A stretch of DNA of 64,000 bases from positions 39,304 to 103,303 of the forward strand of contig DATEKR010000320.1 in assembly GCA_035277345.1 (NCBI GenBank). The letters are read 5' to 3'. Each line of letters opens with the position of its first letter. The stretch's first letter is position 1. The position numbers were made by a program, and so were the translations under genes. Below the pieces are notes generated by a model, which saw nothing but the letters and a program-made list of their open reading frames with translations, was not told the DNA's origin and made no database searches. The DNA is from Enterobacteriaceae bacterium. Its GTDB lineage: Bacteria; Pseudomonadota; Gammaproteobacteria; Enterobacterales; Enterobacteriaceae. Below, in pieces: positions 1-11,262 of the stretch.

Positions 1-1
1 C

Positions 2-163
<162 letters not shown>

Positions 164-173
164 GGACCGGCTT

Positions 174-2252
174 ATGGAGAGCAAAAACCTTAACCGCGAT
201 GCGCTGGCGGCCGGGATCGGCCCCAGCTATATCAACGCCCACGGCAAGCCACAGTCGATCGGCGCAGAGACAAAGCGCCGTCTGCTGGCGGCGATGCATA
301 TGCCGTCCAAGGACGACAGCGCGGCGATCCCCCCGGTGCTGGTGTGCCGACAGGGGCTAAAAAAGTCTCTGCCGGTTGCGGGCAAAGGCCTTTTTCACTG
401 GCGACTGACGACAGAAGCAGGACGCCAGTATCAGGGGCAGATCCGCGGCGGTGAAAGCCTGCCGCTCCCTGCCCGTCTGGCTCAGGGCTACCACGACCTG
501 AGCCTGACGCAGGCAGAGCAACACTGGCACTGCCGGGTGATTATCGCCCCGGCACGCTGTTACGAGCCAGAGGCGCTGAAAGCGCAACAAAAACTCTGGG
601 GCGCCTGTATCCAGCTCTATACCCTGCGCTCAGAGCATAACTGGGGGATTGGTGACTTCGGCGACCTGCGGGCGATGCTGCCGGAAATCGCTCGTCGCGG
701 CGGGGCCTTTATTGGCCTGAACCCCATTCACGCCCTCTACCCCGCCAGCCCGGAGAGTGCCAGCCCTTACAGCCCCTCTTCCCGCCGCTGGCTGAACGTT
801 CTCTATATCGACGTTAATGCTGTGGAGGATTTCCGCCGCAGCGCGGAAGCACAACGCTGGTGGGATCGACCCGCCACCCGCAGCACGCTGAAATCCGCCC
901 GGGACGCGGAGCTGGTCGACTACGGCATTGTTACGGAGCTCAAGCTCCACGCGCTGCAGCTGGCCTGGAAAGGCTTCACCTCTCGCCCGGCAGACGACCA
1001 CGCGGTTGTGACCTTTCGCCAGTTTGTCACCGGTCAGGGCGAGGGTCTGTACTGGCAGGCCGCCTTCGACGCCCTGCACGCCAGGCAGATGCAGGAAGAT
1101 GCCACACGCTGGGGCTGGCCCGTCTGGCCTGAGGCGTATCAGCAGATCGATAGCCCCGAGGTACAGCAGTTCTGTCAGCAGCACACCGACGAGATCGATT
1201 TTTATCTGTGGCTCCAGTGGCTGGCCCACGTTCAGTTCGCCGAGTGCTGGGCCGAATGTCAGCGCCTGGCAATGCCGATCGGACTATATCGCGATCTGGC
1301 GGTAGGCGTTGCGGAAGGCGGATCTGAGAGCTGGTGCGATCGGGAGCTGTACTGCCTGAAAGCCTCCGTTGGCGCGCCGCCGGATATCCTGGGCCCGCTG
1401 GGTCAAAACTGGGGCCTGCCGCCGATGGACCCGCATATTATGGCTGCCCGGGCCTACGCGCCCTTTATCGAGATGCTGCGCGCCAATATGCAACACTGCG
1501 GGGCGCTGCGGATCGACCATGTGATGTCGATGCTGCGACTGTGGTGGATCCCCTACGGAGAAACCGCCGACTATGGTGCTTATGTCCACTATCCGGTGGA
1601 CGATCTACTGGCGATCCTCGCCCTCGAAAGCCATCGCCATCGCTGTATGGTGATCGGCGAAGATCTGGGCACCGTCCCGGAGGAGATCGTCGGTAAGTTG
1701 CATAAAGGCGGCGTTTACTCCTATAAGGTGCTCTATTTCGAAAATACGGCACAGGCCACCTTTCGCGCACCAGAGGCCTATGTACAGCAGTCAATGGCGG
1801 TCGCCACCACCCACGATCTGCCCACCCTGCGCGGCTACTGGGAAGGCGGCGATTTAGCCCTCGGTGAGACGCTGGGACTCTACCCGGACAAGGCAATTCT
1901 GAGCGGTTTGTATGAGGACCGCGCCCGGGCGAAACAGGGGCTGCTCGAGGCTCTGCATCGCTATGGCTGCCTGCCGAAACGTACCGGACACCATGCCGGA
2001 CGGATGAGGATGACGCCGATCCTTAATCGTGGAATGCAGCGCTATATTGCCGACAGCAACAGCGCCCTGCTGGGGCTGCAGCCGGAAGACTGGCTGGATA
2101 TGGCCACGCCGGTCAACGTGCCCGGCACCAGCGATCAGTATCCCAACTGGCGGCGCAAGCTGAGCCTCTCCCTGGAAAAACTGTTCGCCGACGAAGGCAT
2201 TAACCGCCTGATTAAAGACCTCGATAAACGGCGCAAAGCCATCCCCCGTTAG
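174..2252 (+). CDS. malQ: 4-alpha-glucanotransferase (amylomaltase, GH77)
   Basis: 692 aa; GH77 motifs SPYSPSSR, YRDLAVG, LRIDH, GEDLG, HDLPT. Confidence 0.97.
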   Translation: MESKNLNRDALAAGIGPSYINAHGKPQSIGAETKRRLLAAMHMPSKDDSAAIPPVLVCRQGLKKSLPVAGKGLFHWRLTTEAGRQYQGQIRGGESLPLPARLAQGYHDLSLTQAEQHWHCRVIIAPARCYEPEALKAQQKLWGACIQLYTLRSEHNWGIGDFGDLRAMLPEIARRGGAFIGLNPIHALYPASPESASPYSPSSRRWLNVLYIDVNAVEDFRRSAEAQRWWDRPATRSTLKSARDAELVDYGIVTELKLHALQLAWKGFTSRPADDHAVVTFRQFVTGQGEGLYWQAAFDALHARQMQEDATRWGWPVWPEAYQQIDSPEVQQFCQQHTDEIDFYLWLQWLAHVQFAECWAECQRLAMPIGLYRDLAVGVAEGGSESWCDRELYCLKASVGAPPDILGPLGQNWGLPPMDPHIMAARAYAPFIEMLRANMQHCGALRIDHVMSMLRLWWIPYGETADYGAYVHYPVDDLLAILALESHRHRCMVIGEDLGTVPEEIVGKLHKGGVYSYKVLYFENTAQATFRAPEAYVQQSMAVATTHDLPTLRGYWEGGDLALGETLGLYPDKAILSGLYEDRARAKQGLLEALHRYGCLPKRTGHHAGRMRMTPILNRGMQRYIADSNSALLGLQPEDWLDMATPVNVPGTSDQYPNWRRKLSLSLEKLFADEGINRLIKDLDKRRKAIPR

Positions 2253-2277
2253 CGTCGATAATTGATCCACGCCCCCC

Positions 2278-2300
2278 ACCCGACCGGTATCCGGTCGGGT
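2278..2300 (+). terminator. Hairpin after malQ
   Basis: ACCCGACCGG-TAT-CCGGTCGGGT inverted repeat; weak U tail. Confidence 0.55.
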
Positions 2301-2330
2301 ATTCCCGCGTTTTTCCGAACCTGACGCCCA

Positions 2331-2434
2331 TTGTGTTACACCCATCACCCTTAAATGTTTTTTTCATGTTACCAAATGCGCATTCCTTTGCTATCATGAG
2401 CGATAACGAGCATTTATGAGCTTTAACGAAAGTG
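2331..2434 (+). promoter_or_regulatory. glpD promoter with CRP site and tandem GlpR operators
   Basis: TGTTA-N6-TCACC (2334-2349). CATGAGCGATAACGAGCATT and TATGAGCTTTAACGAAAGTG match the E. coli glpD operators as I recall them. Confidence 0.8.
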
Positions 2435-2448
2435 TGAAGGTGGCAAGC

Positions 2449-3957
2449 ATGGAAACGAAAGATCTGATTGTGATAGGCGGCGGTATTAATGGCGCGGGGA
2501 TCGCGGCGGACGCCGCCGGTCGCGGTTTATCCGTACTGATGCTGGAAGCGCAGGACCTTGCCTGTGCCACCTCCAGCGCCAGCTCAAAGCTGATCCACGG
2601 CGGGCTGCGCTACCTTGAGCACTACGAATTCCGCCTGGTCAGCGAAGCGCTGGCCGAACGTGAAGTGCTGCTGAAAATGGCCCCGCATATCGCCTTCCCG
2701 ATGCGCTTTCGTTTACCTCATCGCCCGCACCTGCGCCCGGCCTGGATGATCCGTATCGGTTTGTTTATGTACGATAATCTGGGAAAACGCACCAGCCTGC
2801 CAGGTTCGAAGGGCTTGCGTTTTGGCGCAGAATCGGTGCTGAAGCCGGAGATCGTGCGCGGTTTCGAATATTCTGACTGCTGGGTGGATGACGCCCGACT
2901 GGTCGTCGCGAACGCCCAGATGGTCGAGCGTAAAGGTGGCGAAGTGCGTACCCGCACCCGCGCCGTTTCCGCCCGTCGCGAAAACGGTCTGTGGATCGTG
3001 GAAGCGGAAGATATCGATACCGGCGAGAAGTTTAGCTGGCAGGCACGTGGTCTGGTTAACGCCACCGGCCCGTGGGTGAAAGAGTTCTTCGATGAAGGAA
3101 TGCACCTGCCGTCGCCGTACGGCATCCGCCTGATCAAGGGTAGCCATATCGTCGTGCCGCGCGTGCATACGCAGAAGCAGGCCTACATTCTGCAGAACGA
3201 AGATAAACGCATCGTGTTTGTGATCCCGTGGATGGATGAGTTCTCCATCATCGGCACCACCGACGTGGAGTACAAAGGCGATCCGAAAAACGTCGAAATC
3301 GACGAAAACGAAATTAACTACCTGCTGAAGGTGTATAACGGCCACTTTAAACAGCAGCTGACCCGGGACGATATCGCCTGGACCTATTCCGGCGTGCGTC
3401 CGCTGTGCGATGACGAATCCGACTCGCCGCAGGCCATCACCCGCGACTACACGCTCGATATCCATGACGAAAACGGTCAGGCCCCGCTGCTGTCGGTGTT
3501 CGGCGGCAAGCTAACCACCTACCGCAAGCTGGCCGAGCACGCGATGGAAAAACTGGCCTCCTATTACCAGGGGATCGGCCCGGCCTGGACCCGCAACGCC
3601 GTGATGCCTGGCGGGGATATCGGTGGCGATCGCGACGACTATGCGGCGAAGCTGCGCCGTCGCTATCCCTTTATCAGCGAAGCGCTGGCGCGCCACTACG
3701 CCCGCACCTACGGCAGCAACACAGAGAAAGTACTTGGCGAGGCGCAGAGCCTGAGCGAGCTGGGGGAACACTTCGGTCACGATCTCTACGAAGCAGAGCT
3801 GCGCTACCTGGTCGAGCACGAGTGGGTACGCCGTCTGGATGACGCTATCTGGCGTCGTACCAAACTGGGCATGTGGCTGAACGCCGATGAACAGTCCCGC
3901 GTTGCCCAGTGGCTGACGCAGCATGCGGGAAAGCGTGAGTTGTCTTTAGCATCCTGA
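2449..3957 (+). CDS. glpD: Aerobic glycerol-3-phosphate dehydrogenase
   Basis: METKDLIVIGGGINGAG FAD motif and SSKLIHGGLRYLE. Start moved to ATG 2449. Confidence 0.97.
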   Translation: METKDLIVIGGGINGAGIAADAAGRGLSVLMLEAQDLACATSSASSKLIHGGLRYLEHYEFRLVSEALAEREVLLKMAPHIAFPMRFRLPHRPHLRPAWMIRIGLFMYDNLGKRTSLPGSKGLRFGAESVLKPEIVRGFEYSDCWVDDARLVVANAQMVERKGGEVRTRTRAVSARRENGLWIVEAEDIDTGEKFSWQARGLVNATGPWVKEFFDEGMHLPSPYGIRLIKGSHIVVPRVHTQKQAYILQNEDKRIVFVIPWMDEFSIIGTTDVEYKGDPKNVEIDENEINYLLKVYNGHFKQQLTRDDIAWTYSGVRPLCDDESDSPQAITRDYTLDIHDENGQAPLLSVFGGKLTTYRKLAEHAMEKLASYYQGIGPAWTRNAVMPGGDIGGDRDDYAAKLRRRYPFISEALARHYARTYGSNTEKVLGEAQSLSELGEHFGHDLYEAELRYLVEHEWVRRLDDAIWRRTKLGMWLNADEQSRVAQWLTQHAGKRELSLAS

Positions 3958-3966
3958 GTCTTAAAA

Positions 3967-3995
3967 CGCCCCTCACCGTGACCAGATGAGGGGCG
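3967..3995. terminator. Hairpin between convergent glpD and glgP
   Basis: CGCCCCTCA...TGAGGGGCG inverted repeat. Confidence 0.6.
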
Positions 3996-4000
3996 CATTT

Positions 4001-6448
4001 CTACAGCCTGACCGGATCGATATGCCAGATCTTATCCGCGTATTCCTGAATCGTCCTGTCTGAAGAGAAATAGCCCATATTGGCGATGTTACGCATCGCT
4101 TTGGTGGCCCACTCTTCCTCGTGCCGATAGAGCTCGTCCACTTTTTCATGGCAGTCCACGTAGCTGCGGTAATCCGCCAGCACCTGATAGTGATCGCCAA
4201 AGTTAATCAGCGAATCTACCAGATCGCGGTAGCGGCCCGGCTCGTCGGGGCTGAACAGACCGGTGCCAATTTGCGTCAGCACCTGGCGTAGCTCTTCATC
4301 ATTTTCATAGTATTCACGGGGTTTGTAGCCCGCAGCACGTAGCGCGTCCACCTCTTCCGCCGTATTCCCGAAGATAAAGATATTTTCCGCACCGACGTGC
4401 TCCAGCATCTCCACGTTTGCCCCGTCGAGAGTGCCGATGGTCAGCGCCCCGTTCAGAGCAAACTTCATATTGCTGGTGCCGGAGGCTTCGGTTCCGGCCA
4501 GCGAGATCTGCTCGGAGAGATCCGCCGCCGGAATGATGACCTGCGCCAGGCTGACGCTGTAGTTCGGGATAAACACCACTTTTAATTTATCGCCGATTTG
4601 CGGATCGTTGTTGATCACCGCCGCCACGTCGTTAATCAGGTGGATAATGTGCTTCGCCATATAGTAGGCCGAGGCGGCTTTCCCGGCGAACACGTTGACC
4701 CGCGGCACCCACCTGGCATCCGGATCGGCCTTGATGCGGTTGTAGCGGGTAATAATATGCAGCACGTTCATTAGCTGGCGCTTGTACTCGTGAATACGTT
4801 TGATCTGCACGTCAAACAGCGCCTTAGGATTAACCACCAGGTTCTGCTGCTGCGCCAGCAGGGCTGCCAGCCGTTTTTTGTTATCCAGCTTGGCCTGGCG
4901 CACCGCCTGATTGACCAGCGGATAGTCCAGATGCTGTTCCAGCTCGCTGAGCTGGCTTAAATCCGTCCGCCAGGTACGGCCAATATGTTCGTCCAGCACG
5001 TCGGAGAGCGGCGGGTTCGCCAGCGCCAGCCAGCGGCGCGGCGTAACGCCGTTGGTCACGTTGGTAAAGCGGTTGGGGAAAATGTCGGCAAAATCGGAAA
5101 ACAGGGACTGCACCATCAGGTTCGAGTGCAGTTCCGATACGCCGTTAACCTTATGACTGACCACCACCGCCAGCCAGGCCATCCGCACCTGGCGGCCGTG
5201 GGACTCGTCGATAATCGAGGTCCGGCTCAGCAGCCCGGCATCGCTGGGATACTGCTCCTGCAGGGTTTTCAGGAAGTAGTCGTTGATCTCAAAGATAATC
5301 TGCAGATGGCGCGGCAGGATTTTACCCAGCATATCCACCGGCCAGGTCTCCAGGGCTTCGCTCATCAGAGTGTGGTTGGTGTAGGAGAAGACCTGGCAGG
5401 TCACTTCAAACGCCTCGTCCCAGGCAAACTTATGCTCGTCGATCAGCAGGCGCATCAGCTCCGGGATCGACAGGACCGGGTGGGTGTCGTTAAGGTGGAT
5501 GGCGATTTTATCCGCCAGGTTGCTGTAGGTCTGATGCAGCTGATAGTGACGGCTGAGAATATCCTGCACCGTGGCGGAGACCAGGAAGTACTCCTGGCGC
5601 AGGCGCAGCTCGCGCCCGGAATACGTGGAGTCGTCCGGATAAAGTACCCTGGAGACGTTTTCCGAGTGGTTTTTATCCTCTACCGCCGCGAAGTAATCCC
5701 CCTGGTTAAACTTACCGAGGTTGATTTCACTACTGGCCTGCGCGCTCCACAGCCTCAGCGTGTTGGTGGCATCGGTGTCGTAACCGGGGATAATCTGGTC
5801 GTAGGCAACGGCCAGGATCTCCTCGGTTTCAAGCCAGCGGGACGTCTTGCCCTCCTGCTGAATACGGCCACCAAAACGCACTTTATAGCGCGTGTTGTGG
5901 CGCTTAAATTCCCACGGGTTACCGTATTCCAGCCAGTAGTCGGGGGACTCTTTTTGTCGCCCGTCGACGATATTTTGCCGGAACATGCCGTAGTCGTAGC
6001 GGATGCCGTATCCGCGCCCCGGCAGGCCGAGAGTGGCCAGCGAGTCGAGGAAACAGGCAGCCAGTCTCCCCAGGCCGCCGTTGCCCAGTCCCGGGTCGTT
6101 CTCTTCATCGATAAGCTCCGCCAGGTCCAGGCCCATTCCCGCCAGCGCGTCGTTGACGTCGTCGTAGATACCGAGCGACAGCAGCGCATTGGAGAGGGTC
6201 CGGCCAATCAGAAATTCCATCGACAGGTAGTAGACCTGACGCGTTTCCTGCGATAGCTGCGCCCGGTTAGAACGCAGCCAGCGCTCCACCATCCGGTCGC
6301 GTACCGCAAAAAGCGCCGCATTCAGCCACTCATGCTTGTTAGCAATGGCCGGGTCCTTGCCGATGGTAAACATCAACTTGTAGGCAATGGAGTTTTTCAG
6401 CGCTTCGGCACTGAGCGTGGGTGAAGCGTAAGTAAAAGGTGCGTTCAT
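4001..6448 (-). CDS. glgP: Glycogen phosphorylase
   Basis: 815 aa; [13 protein letters not shown] and PLP-lysine motif EASGTSNMK. Confidence 0.97.
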   Translation of the reverse strand: MNAPFTYASPTLSAEALKNSIAYKLMFTIGKDPAIANKHEWLNAALFAVRDRMVERWLRSNRAQLSQETRQVYYLSMEFLIGRTLSNALLSLGIYDDVNDALAGMGLDLAELIDEENDPGLGNGGLGRLAACFLDSLATLGLPGRGYGIRYDYGMFRQNIVDGRQKESPDYWLEYGNPWEFKRHNTRYKVRFGGRIQQEGKTSRWLETEEILAVAYDQIIPGYDTDATNTLRLWSAQASSEINLGKFNQGDYFAAVEDKNHSENVSRVLYPDDSTYSGRELRLRQEYFLVSATVQDILSRHYQLHQTYSNLADKIAIHLNDTHPVLSIPELMRLLIDEHKFAWDEAFEVTCQVFSYTNHTLMSEALETWPVDMLGKILPRHLQIIFEINDYFLKTLQEQYPSDAGLLSRTSIIDESHGRQVRMAWLAVVVSHKVNGVSELHSNLMVQSLFSDFADIFPNRFTNVTNGVTPRRWLALANPPLSDVLDEHIGRTWRTDLSQLSELEQHLDYPLVNQAVRQAKLDNKKRLAALLAQQQNLVVNPKALFDVQIKRIHEYKRQLMNVLHIITRYNRIKADPDARWVPRVNVFAGKAASAYYMAKHIIHLINDVAAVINNDPQIGDKLKVVFIPNYSVSLAQVIIPAADLSEQISLAGTEASGTSNMKFALNGALTIGTLDGANVEMLEHVGAENIFIFGNTAEEVDALRAAGYKPREYYENDEELRQVLTQIGTGLFSPDEPGRYRDLVDSLINFGDHYQVLADYRSYVDCHEKVDELYRHEEEWATKAMRNIANMGYFSSDRTIQEYADKIWHIDPVRL

Positions 6449-6465
6449 TTAAGTGTTCCTGGAAG

Positions 6466-7899
6466 CTACTTCAACCGAAAGTAAAGATCGCGGTAGGACT
6501 GCGCCGCCACCTGCCAGCTAAAATCCATGCTCATCGCCTGACGCTGCACATAGCGCCAGAGTGAGGGGCGGGACCACAACACGAAAGCACGCCGGATCGC
6601 CCTGAGCAGCGACCAGGCATTACTGTCTTCAAAAACAAAACCACTGGCGACGCCATCTGCCAGATTTTCCAGCGAACTATCCGATACCGTATCGGCAAGC
6701 CCGCCGGTACGTCGAACTAACGGCAGAGTGCCGTATTTCAACCCGTATAACTGCGTTAATCCGCAGGGTTCAAAGCGGCTCGGGACCAGGATAACGTCCG
6801 AACCGCCCATAATCCGGTGCGAGAAGGCTTCGTGGTAGCCTATCTGCACGCCCACCTGTCCGGGATGCTCGGCGGCGGCGGCCAGAAAACCTTCCTGCAG
6901 CACCGGGTCGCCCGCCCCCAGCAGCGCCAGCTGTCCGCCCTGCTCCAGCAGGCCAGGCAGCGCCTCCAGTACCAGGTCCAGTCCCTTCTGGCTGGTGAGT
7001 CGGCTGACCACCGCAAACAGCGGGACTTTGTCATTCACCTTCAGTCCCATCGCAATTTGCAGCTGACGCTTGTTCTCTGCCTTCTCCTCCAGCGAATCAC
7101 GGGTGTAGCGCGCCGCCAGGAGCAGATCGCTGTCCGGGTCCCAGATTTTTTCATCCACGCCGTTAAGGATCCCCGACAGTCGCCCCTCTTTATGGCGCTG
7201 TTGCAGCAGACCCTCCATTCCGTAGCCAAACTCCGGCTCGGTAATTTCACGCGCGTAGGTTGGGCTGACCGCCGTAATGTGATCGGCGTAATAAAGCCCG
7301 GCCTTGAGAAACGAAATCTGACCGTTAAATTCCAGCCCGTGCATGTTGTAGAACGACCAGGGCAGGTCGATCTCACTCATATGGTGCGCGTAGTACATGC
7401 CCTGATACGCAAGGTTATGCACCGTAAAGACCGACTTCGCCGGACGCCCGCGTGCGGCAAGGTAGGCCGGAGTCAGCCCCGCGTGCCAGTCGTGGGCGTG
7501 TACCACGTCCGGACGCCAGAACGGATCCAGCCCGCTGGCCATTTCCGCCCCCACCCAGCCGAGCAGCGCAAAGCGCAGCACGTTATCCGTATAAGCATGC
7601 AGATGCGTATCGTGATACGGGCTACCGGGGCGTTCATACAGATGCGGAGCATCAATCATATAAATGCCCACGCCGTTATAGCGCCCGAACAGCAAGCTGA
7701 TGCGACCGGCAAAAGTGTCACGCCGGGTCACCACCTGGGCATCGGGCACGCCACGACGGATATCGGGAAATGCCGGGATCAGCACTCGCGCATCCACGCC
7801 GTCAGCAATTTGCGCCGCAGGCAGCGCCCCCAGCACGTCCGCCAGTCCGCCGGTCTTCAGCAGCGGAAACATCTCAGAACATACGTGTAAAACCTGCAT
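6466..7899 (-). CDS. glgA: Glycogen synthase
   Basis: [22 protein letters not shown] (KTGG motif) and PSRFEPCGL. Confidence 0.97.
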   Translation of the reverse strand: MQVLHVCSEMFPLLKTGGLADVLGALPAAQIADGVDARVLIPAFPDIRRGVPDAQVVTRRDTFAGRISLLFGRYNGVGIYMIDAPHLYERPGSPYHDTHLHAYTDNVLRFALLGWVGAEMASGLDPFWRPDVVHAHDWHAGLTPAYLAARGRPAKSVFTVHNLAYQGMYYAHHMSEIDLPWSFYNMHGLEFNGQISFLKAGLYYADHITAVSPTYAREITEPEFGYGMEGLLQQRHKEGRLSGILNGVDEKIWDPDSDLLLAARYTRDSLEEKAENKRQLQIAMGLKVNDKVPLFAVVSRLTSQKGLDLVLEALPGLLEQGGQLALLGAGDPVLQEGFLAAAAEHPGQVGVQIGYHEAFSHRIMGGSDVILVPSRFEPCGLTQLYGLKYGTLPLVRRTGGLADTVSDSSLENLADGVASGFVFEDSNAWSLLRAIRRAFVLWSRPSLWRYVQRQAMSMDFSWQVAAQSYRDLYFRLK

Positions 7900-7987
7900 C
7901 ATTGCTCCTGCTCATACCCGGCAACGTCTCGCGTCGGCGGCAAAACAGCGCGCGGACCCCTTCCGCGCAAGGTCATAACGAGTACGG

Positions 7988-9271
7988 TTAATCCTGCAAG
8001 TTGCGCAGCATTTCGCGCGTAACCAGCACAATGCCTTCTTCTGAGCGATAAAAACGGCGGGCGTCTTCTTCCGCGTTTTCACCAATAACCATGCCTTCAG
8101 GGATCTCGCAGGCGCGATCGATAATGCAGCGCCGCAGACGGCATGAGCGTCCTACCCACACATCCGGCAGCAGAACCGTCGAGTCGATATTGCAAAACGA
8201 GTTGATCCTCACCCGTGGAAACAGGACCGACTGCACCACCACCGAACCGGAAATAATGCAGCCGCCGGAGACCAGCGAGTTCAGCGTCATGCCGTAGCTC
8301 CCGGAGCGGTCCTGGACAAATTTTGCCGACGGCAGCGGCTCCATATGGGTACGAATCGGCCAGGTCCGGTCGTACATATCCAGCTCCGGCGTCACGGACG
8401 CCAGGTCAAGATTGGCTTTCCAGTAGGCCTCAAGGGTGCCAACATCGCGCCAGTAAGGTTCAGCCTGCGGATCGGACTGCACGCAGGAAAGCGGGAAAGG
8501 ATGTGCCCAGGCTTCGCCCGCTTTGGTCACCCGGGGAAGAATGTCCTTGCCGAAATCGTGGCTGGAGTTTTCGTCGCGATCGTCCTCCTCCAGCAGGGTA
8601 TAGAGATAGTCCGCGTCGAAGATGTAGATCCCCATGCTGGCGAGCGACTTTGTGGCATCCCCCGGCATGGCGGGCGGTTTCGCGGGCTTCTCAATAAAAT
8701 CGATCACCCGGCTGTTTTCATCCACGGCCATCACGCCAAAGGCGCTCGCTTCCGCCAGCGGCACCGGCAGGCAGGCCACGGTGCAGCGGGCATTTTTCTC
8801 GACGTGGTCGAGCAGCATCCGCGAGTAATCCTGCTTATAAATATGGTCACCGGCGAGGATCACGATGTACTCGGCCTGGTAGCGGCGAATAATATCGAGG
8901 TTCTGCGTCACCGCATCCGCCGTACCGCGATACCAGTTCTCCGCATGCACCCGCTGCTGGGCGGGTAGCAGGTCGACAAACTCATTCATCTCTTCGTTTA
9001 AAAAGGACCAGCCGCGCTGGATATGCTGCACCAGCGTATGGGACTGGTACTGGGTAATCACACCGATACGGCGAATACCGGAGTTGATGCAGTTCGAGAG
9101 TGCAAAATCGATAATGCGAAACTTGCCGCCAAAGTGGACCGCTGGCTTGGCGCGTTTTTTGGTTAAATCTTTCAGCCTCGTGCCGCGGCCTCCGGCCAGG
9201 ATCAGGGCGACCGATTTCAGCGGCAGCTGCCGCGCCAGCATCATTGAAGTGTTCTTATCAAGCTGAACCAT
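7988..9271 (-). CDS. glgC: Glucose-1-phosphate adenylyltransferase
   Basis: [24 protein letters not shown]. Confidence 0.97.
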   Translation of the reverse strand: MVQLDKNTSMMLARQLPLKSVALILAGGRGTRLKDLTKKRAKPAVHFGGKFRIIDFALSNCINSGIRRIGVITQYQSHTLVQHIQRGWSFLNEEMNEFVDLLPAQQRVHAENWYRGTADAVTQNLDIIRRYQAEYIVILAGDHIYKQDYSRMLLDHVEKNARCTVACLPVPLAEASAFGVMAVDENSRVIDFIEKPAKPPAMPGDATKSLASMGIYIFDADYLYTLLEEDDRDENSSHDFGKDILPRVTKAGEAWAHPFPLSCVQSDPQAEPYWRDVGTLEAYWKANLDLASVTPELDMYDRTWPIRTHMEPLPSAKFVQDRSGSYGMTLNSLVSGGCIISGSVVVQSVLFPRVRINSFCNIDSTVLLPDVWVGRSCRLRRCIIDRACEIPEGMVIGENAEEDARRFYRSEEGIVLVTREMLRNLQD

Positions 9272-9285
9272 AAATCACTCCGTTG

Positions 9286-11262
9286 TTATGACCTGTGAAA
9301 AACGCAAACTCCCTGTGCGGGCCCATGCCAGACGGTCAGAGTGACGGGATTGTCCTCTCCGGCAAAAGGAGGAATGGCGCGCCACTCTCCTTCGGGTAAC
9401 ACCATCTCCACCGCGCTGGCGGTGGCATTTATTGCAATTAACCAGCGCTCACTCAGCTGGATCAGCAGGCTGTGCGCGCCCTGCTGCCACTCGCCAGCGT
9501 CCAGCGGCTGGCCCTGCGGGTTTAGCCAGCGCACGCTGCCGTCATTTTCCTGCCACCACGCGTCGCGGGTAAGCGCGGGAATACGCTGCCGCAGGTGGAT
9601 AAGCGCGGCGGTAAACCCGGTCAGACCCTCGTTGGCATTTTCCCAGTCCAGCCACGTCAGGGCATTGTCCTGGCAGTAGGCATTGTTATTGCCATGCTGG
9701 CTGTGGCCGTGCTCATCCCCGGCCAGCAGCATCGGCGTACCCTGCGCCAGCAGCAGAGTCGTCAGCAGACCGTGAACGCTGGCGCGACGTCGCTCAATCA
9801 CATCCTGGCTGACGTCCAGGCCTTCAGTACCGTGGTTATTGCTGTAGTTGTTGCCGGTGCCGTCGCGGTTATCTTCCCCGTTCGCTTCGTTGTGCTTATG
9901 CCCGAAGCTCAGGCAGTCCTGCAGGGTGAAACCGTCGTGCGCCGTGACCAGATTGATCGAGGCGGACGGCAGGCGGCCACCGCGCTGGAAGACATCGCTG
10001 GAGGCGGCAAAACGTCGGGCCAGATCGCCGTTCGATACGTCCCGGTGCAGCCAGTAGCGACGAGCGGTATCACGGAAATGGTCGTTCCACTCGGCAAAAG
10101 GCGGCGGGAAGTTGCCCACCTGATAGCCACCCGGACCGATATCCCAGGGTTCAGCAATTAGCTTCACGGTCGACAACAGGGGATCGTTTTTAATCGCTGC
10201 AAACAGCGGCGCGTCCTGGCGGAATTCAGGTGTCCGTCCCATCACCGAGGCTAAATCAAAGCGGAAACCGTCAACGTGGCAGACATCAACCCAGTAGCGC
10301 AGGCACTGCAGGGCATACTCCACCACGCCAGGATGACTCAAATTGAGGGTGTTACCGCAGCCGGTCCAGTTGTGATAATCCCCATCCTCTCTGATCCAAT
10401 AATAGCTGCGGTTATCGATTCCGCGCAGGGAGACGGTCGGACCATCGAGATCGATCTCGGCGCTGTGGTTCAGCACCACGTCGAGGATCACTTCAATCCC
10501 GGCCTTGTGCAGCGCCTTCACCGCATCACGAAACTCGTTGAGTCCGTTTTCCGGGCTGCTGGCGTAATCGGGATGCAACGCGAAGTGCGCCAGCGGGTTA
10601 TAGCCCCAGTAATTGCTTAGCCCAAGGCGCTGCAGGCGCGGCTCGCTGGCGAAATGCGTGACCGGCAACAGCTCCAGGGCGGTGATACCGAGCCGCTGCA
10701 GATGGGCAATCATGGCCGGATGAGCCAGCGCCTGCCAGCGGCCACGAATGGCCTCAGGGATCGCCGGATGCAGATACGTCAGGCCCTTAACGTGCGCCTC
10801 GTAAATCACCGTTTTGCCCCAGGGCGTACGCGGTGGCGCATCCTCTTCCCAGTCATAGCGGGTATCCACCACCACTGATTTCGGCACGCGGGCGGCGCTG
10901 TCGTGTGGGTCAGGCGCATGATAGCCACCGTGCAGCAGCGGGTCGTCTGGCAGGTGGCCCTCGACCCGACGGGCGCAGGGGTCGATCACCAGCTTCGCCG
11001 GATTGAACCGGTGTCCCTGAGCAGGCTCCCAGGGACCATGCACCCGATAGCCATAGCGCTGTTCCGGCTTCAGTCCGGCGAAGTAGCCGTGCCAGATATC
11101 GCCGCTGCGCTCGGGGAGATCGAACCGCTGCTCGTTGCCTTCGGCATCAAACAGGCACAGCTCAACCCGCTCAGCATGGGCGGAGAACAACGTGAAGTTC
11201 ACGCCGTTGCCATCGTGGTGCGCGCCCAGCGGCGTCGGAGAGCCTGCCGTGAGTCGGGTCAT
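9286..11262 (-). CDS. glgX: Glycogen debranching enzyme
   Basis: GH13 motifs [30 protein letters not shown]. Confidence 0.96.
   Translation of the reverse strand: MTRLTAGSPTPLGAHHDGNGVNFTLFSAHAERVELCLFDAEGNEQRFDLPERSGDIWHGYFAGLKPEQRYGYRVHGPWEPAQGHRFNPAKLVIDPCARRVEGHLPDDPLLHGGYHAPDPHDSAARVPKSVVVDTRYDWEEDAPPRTPWGKTVIYEAHVKGLTYLHPAIPEAIRGRWQALAHPAMIAHLQRLGITALELLPVTHFASEPRLQRLGLSNYWGYNPLAHFALHPDYASSPENGLNEFRDAVKALHKAGIEVILDVVLNHSAEIDLDGPTVSLRGIDNRSYYWIREDGDYHNWTGCGNTLNLSHPGVVEYALQCLRYWVDVCHVDGFRFDLASVMGRTPEFRQDAPLFAAIKNDPLLSTVKLIAEPWDIGPGGYQVGNFPPPFAEWNDHFRDTARRYWLHRDVSNGDLARRFAASSDVFQRGGRLPSASINLVTAHDGFTLQDCLSFGHKHNEANGEDNRDGTGNNYSNNHGTEGLDVSQDVIERRRASVHGLLTTLLLAQGTPMLLAGDEHGHSQHGNNNAYCQDNALTWLDWENANEGLTGFTAALIHLRQRIPALTRDAWWQENDGSVRWLNPQGQPLDAGEWQQGAHSLLIQLSERWLIAINATASAVEMVLPEGEWRAIPPFAGEDNPVTLTVWHGPAQGVCVFHRS

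Noticed and set aside
4985..6256. 423-aa plus-strand ORF (also 6817-7890 and 13662-14681)
   Set aside because: Antisense shadows of glgP, glgA and asd, expected from GC-rich codon bias; no recognisable motifs.
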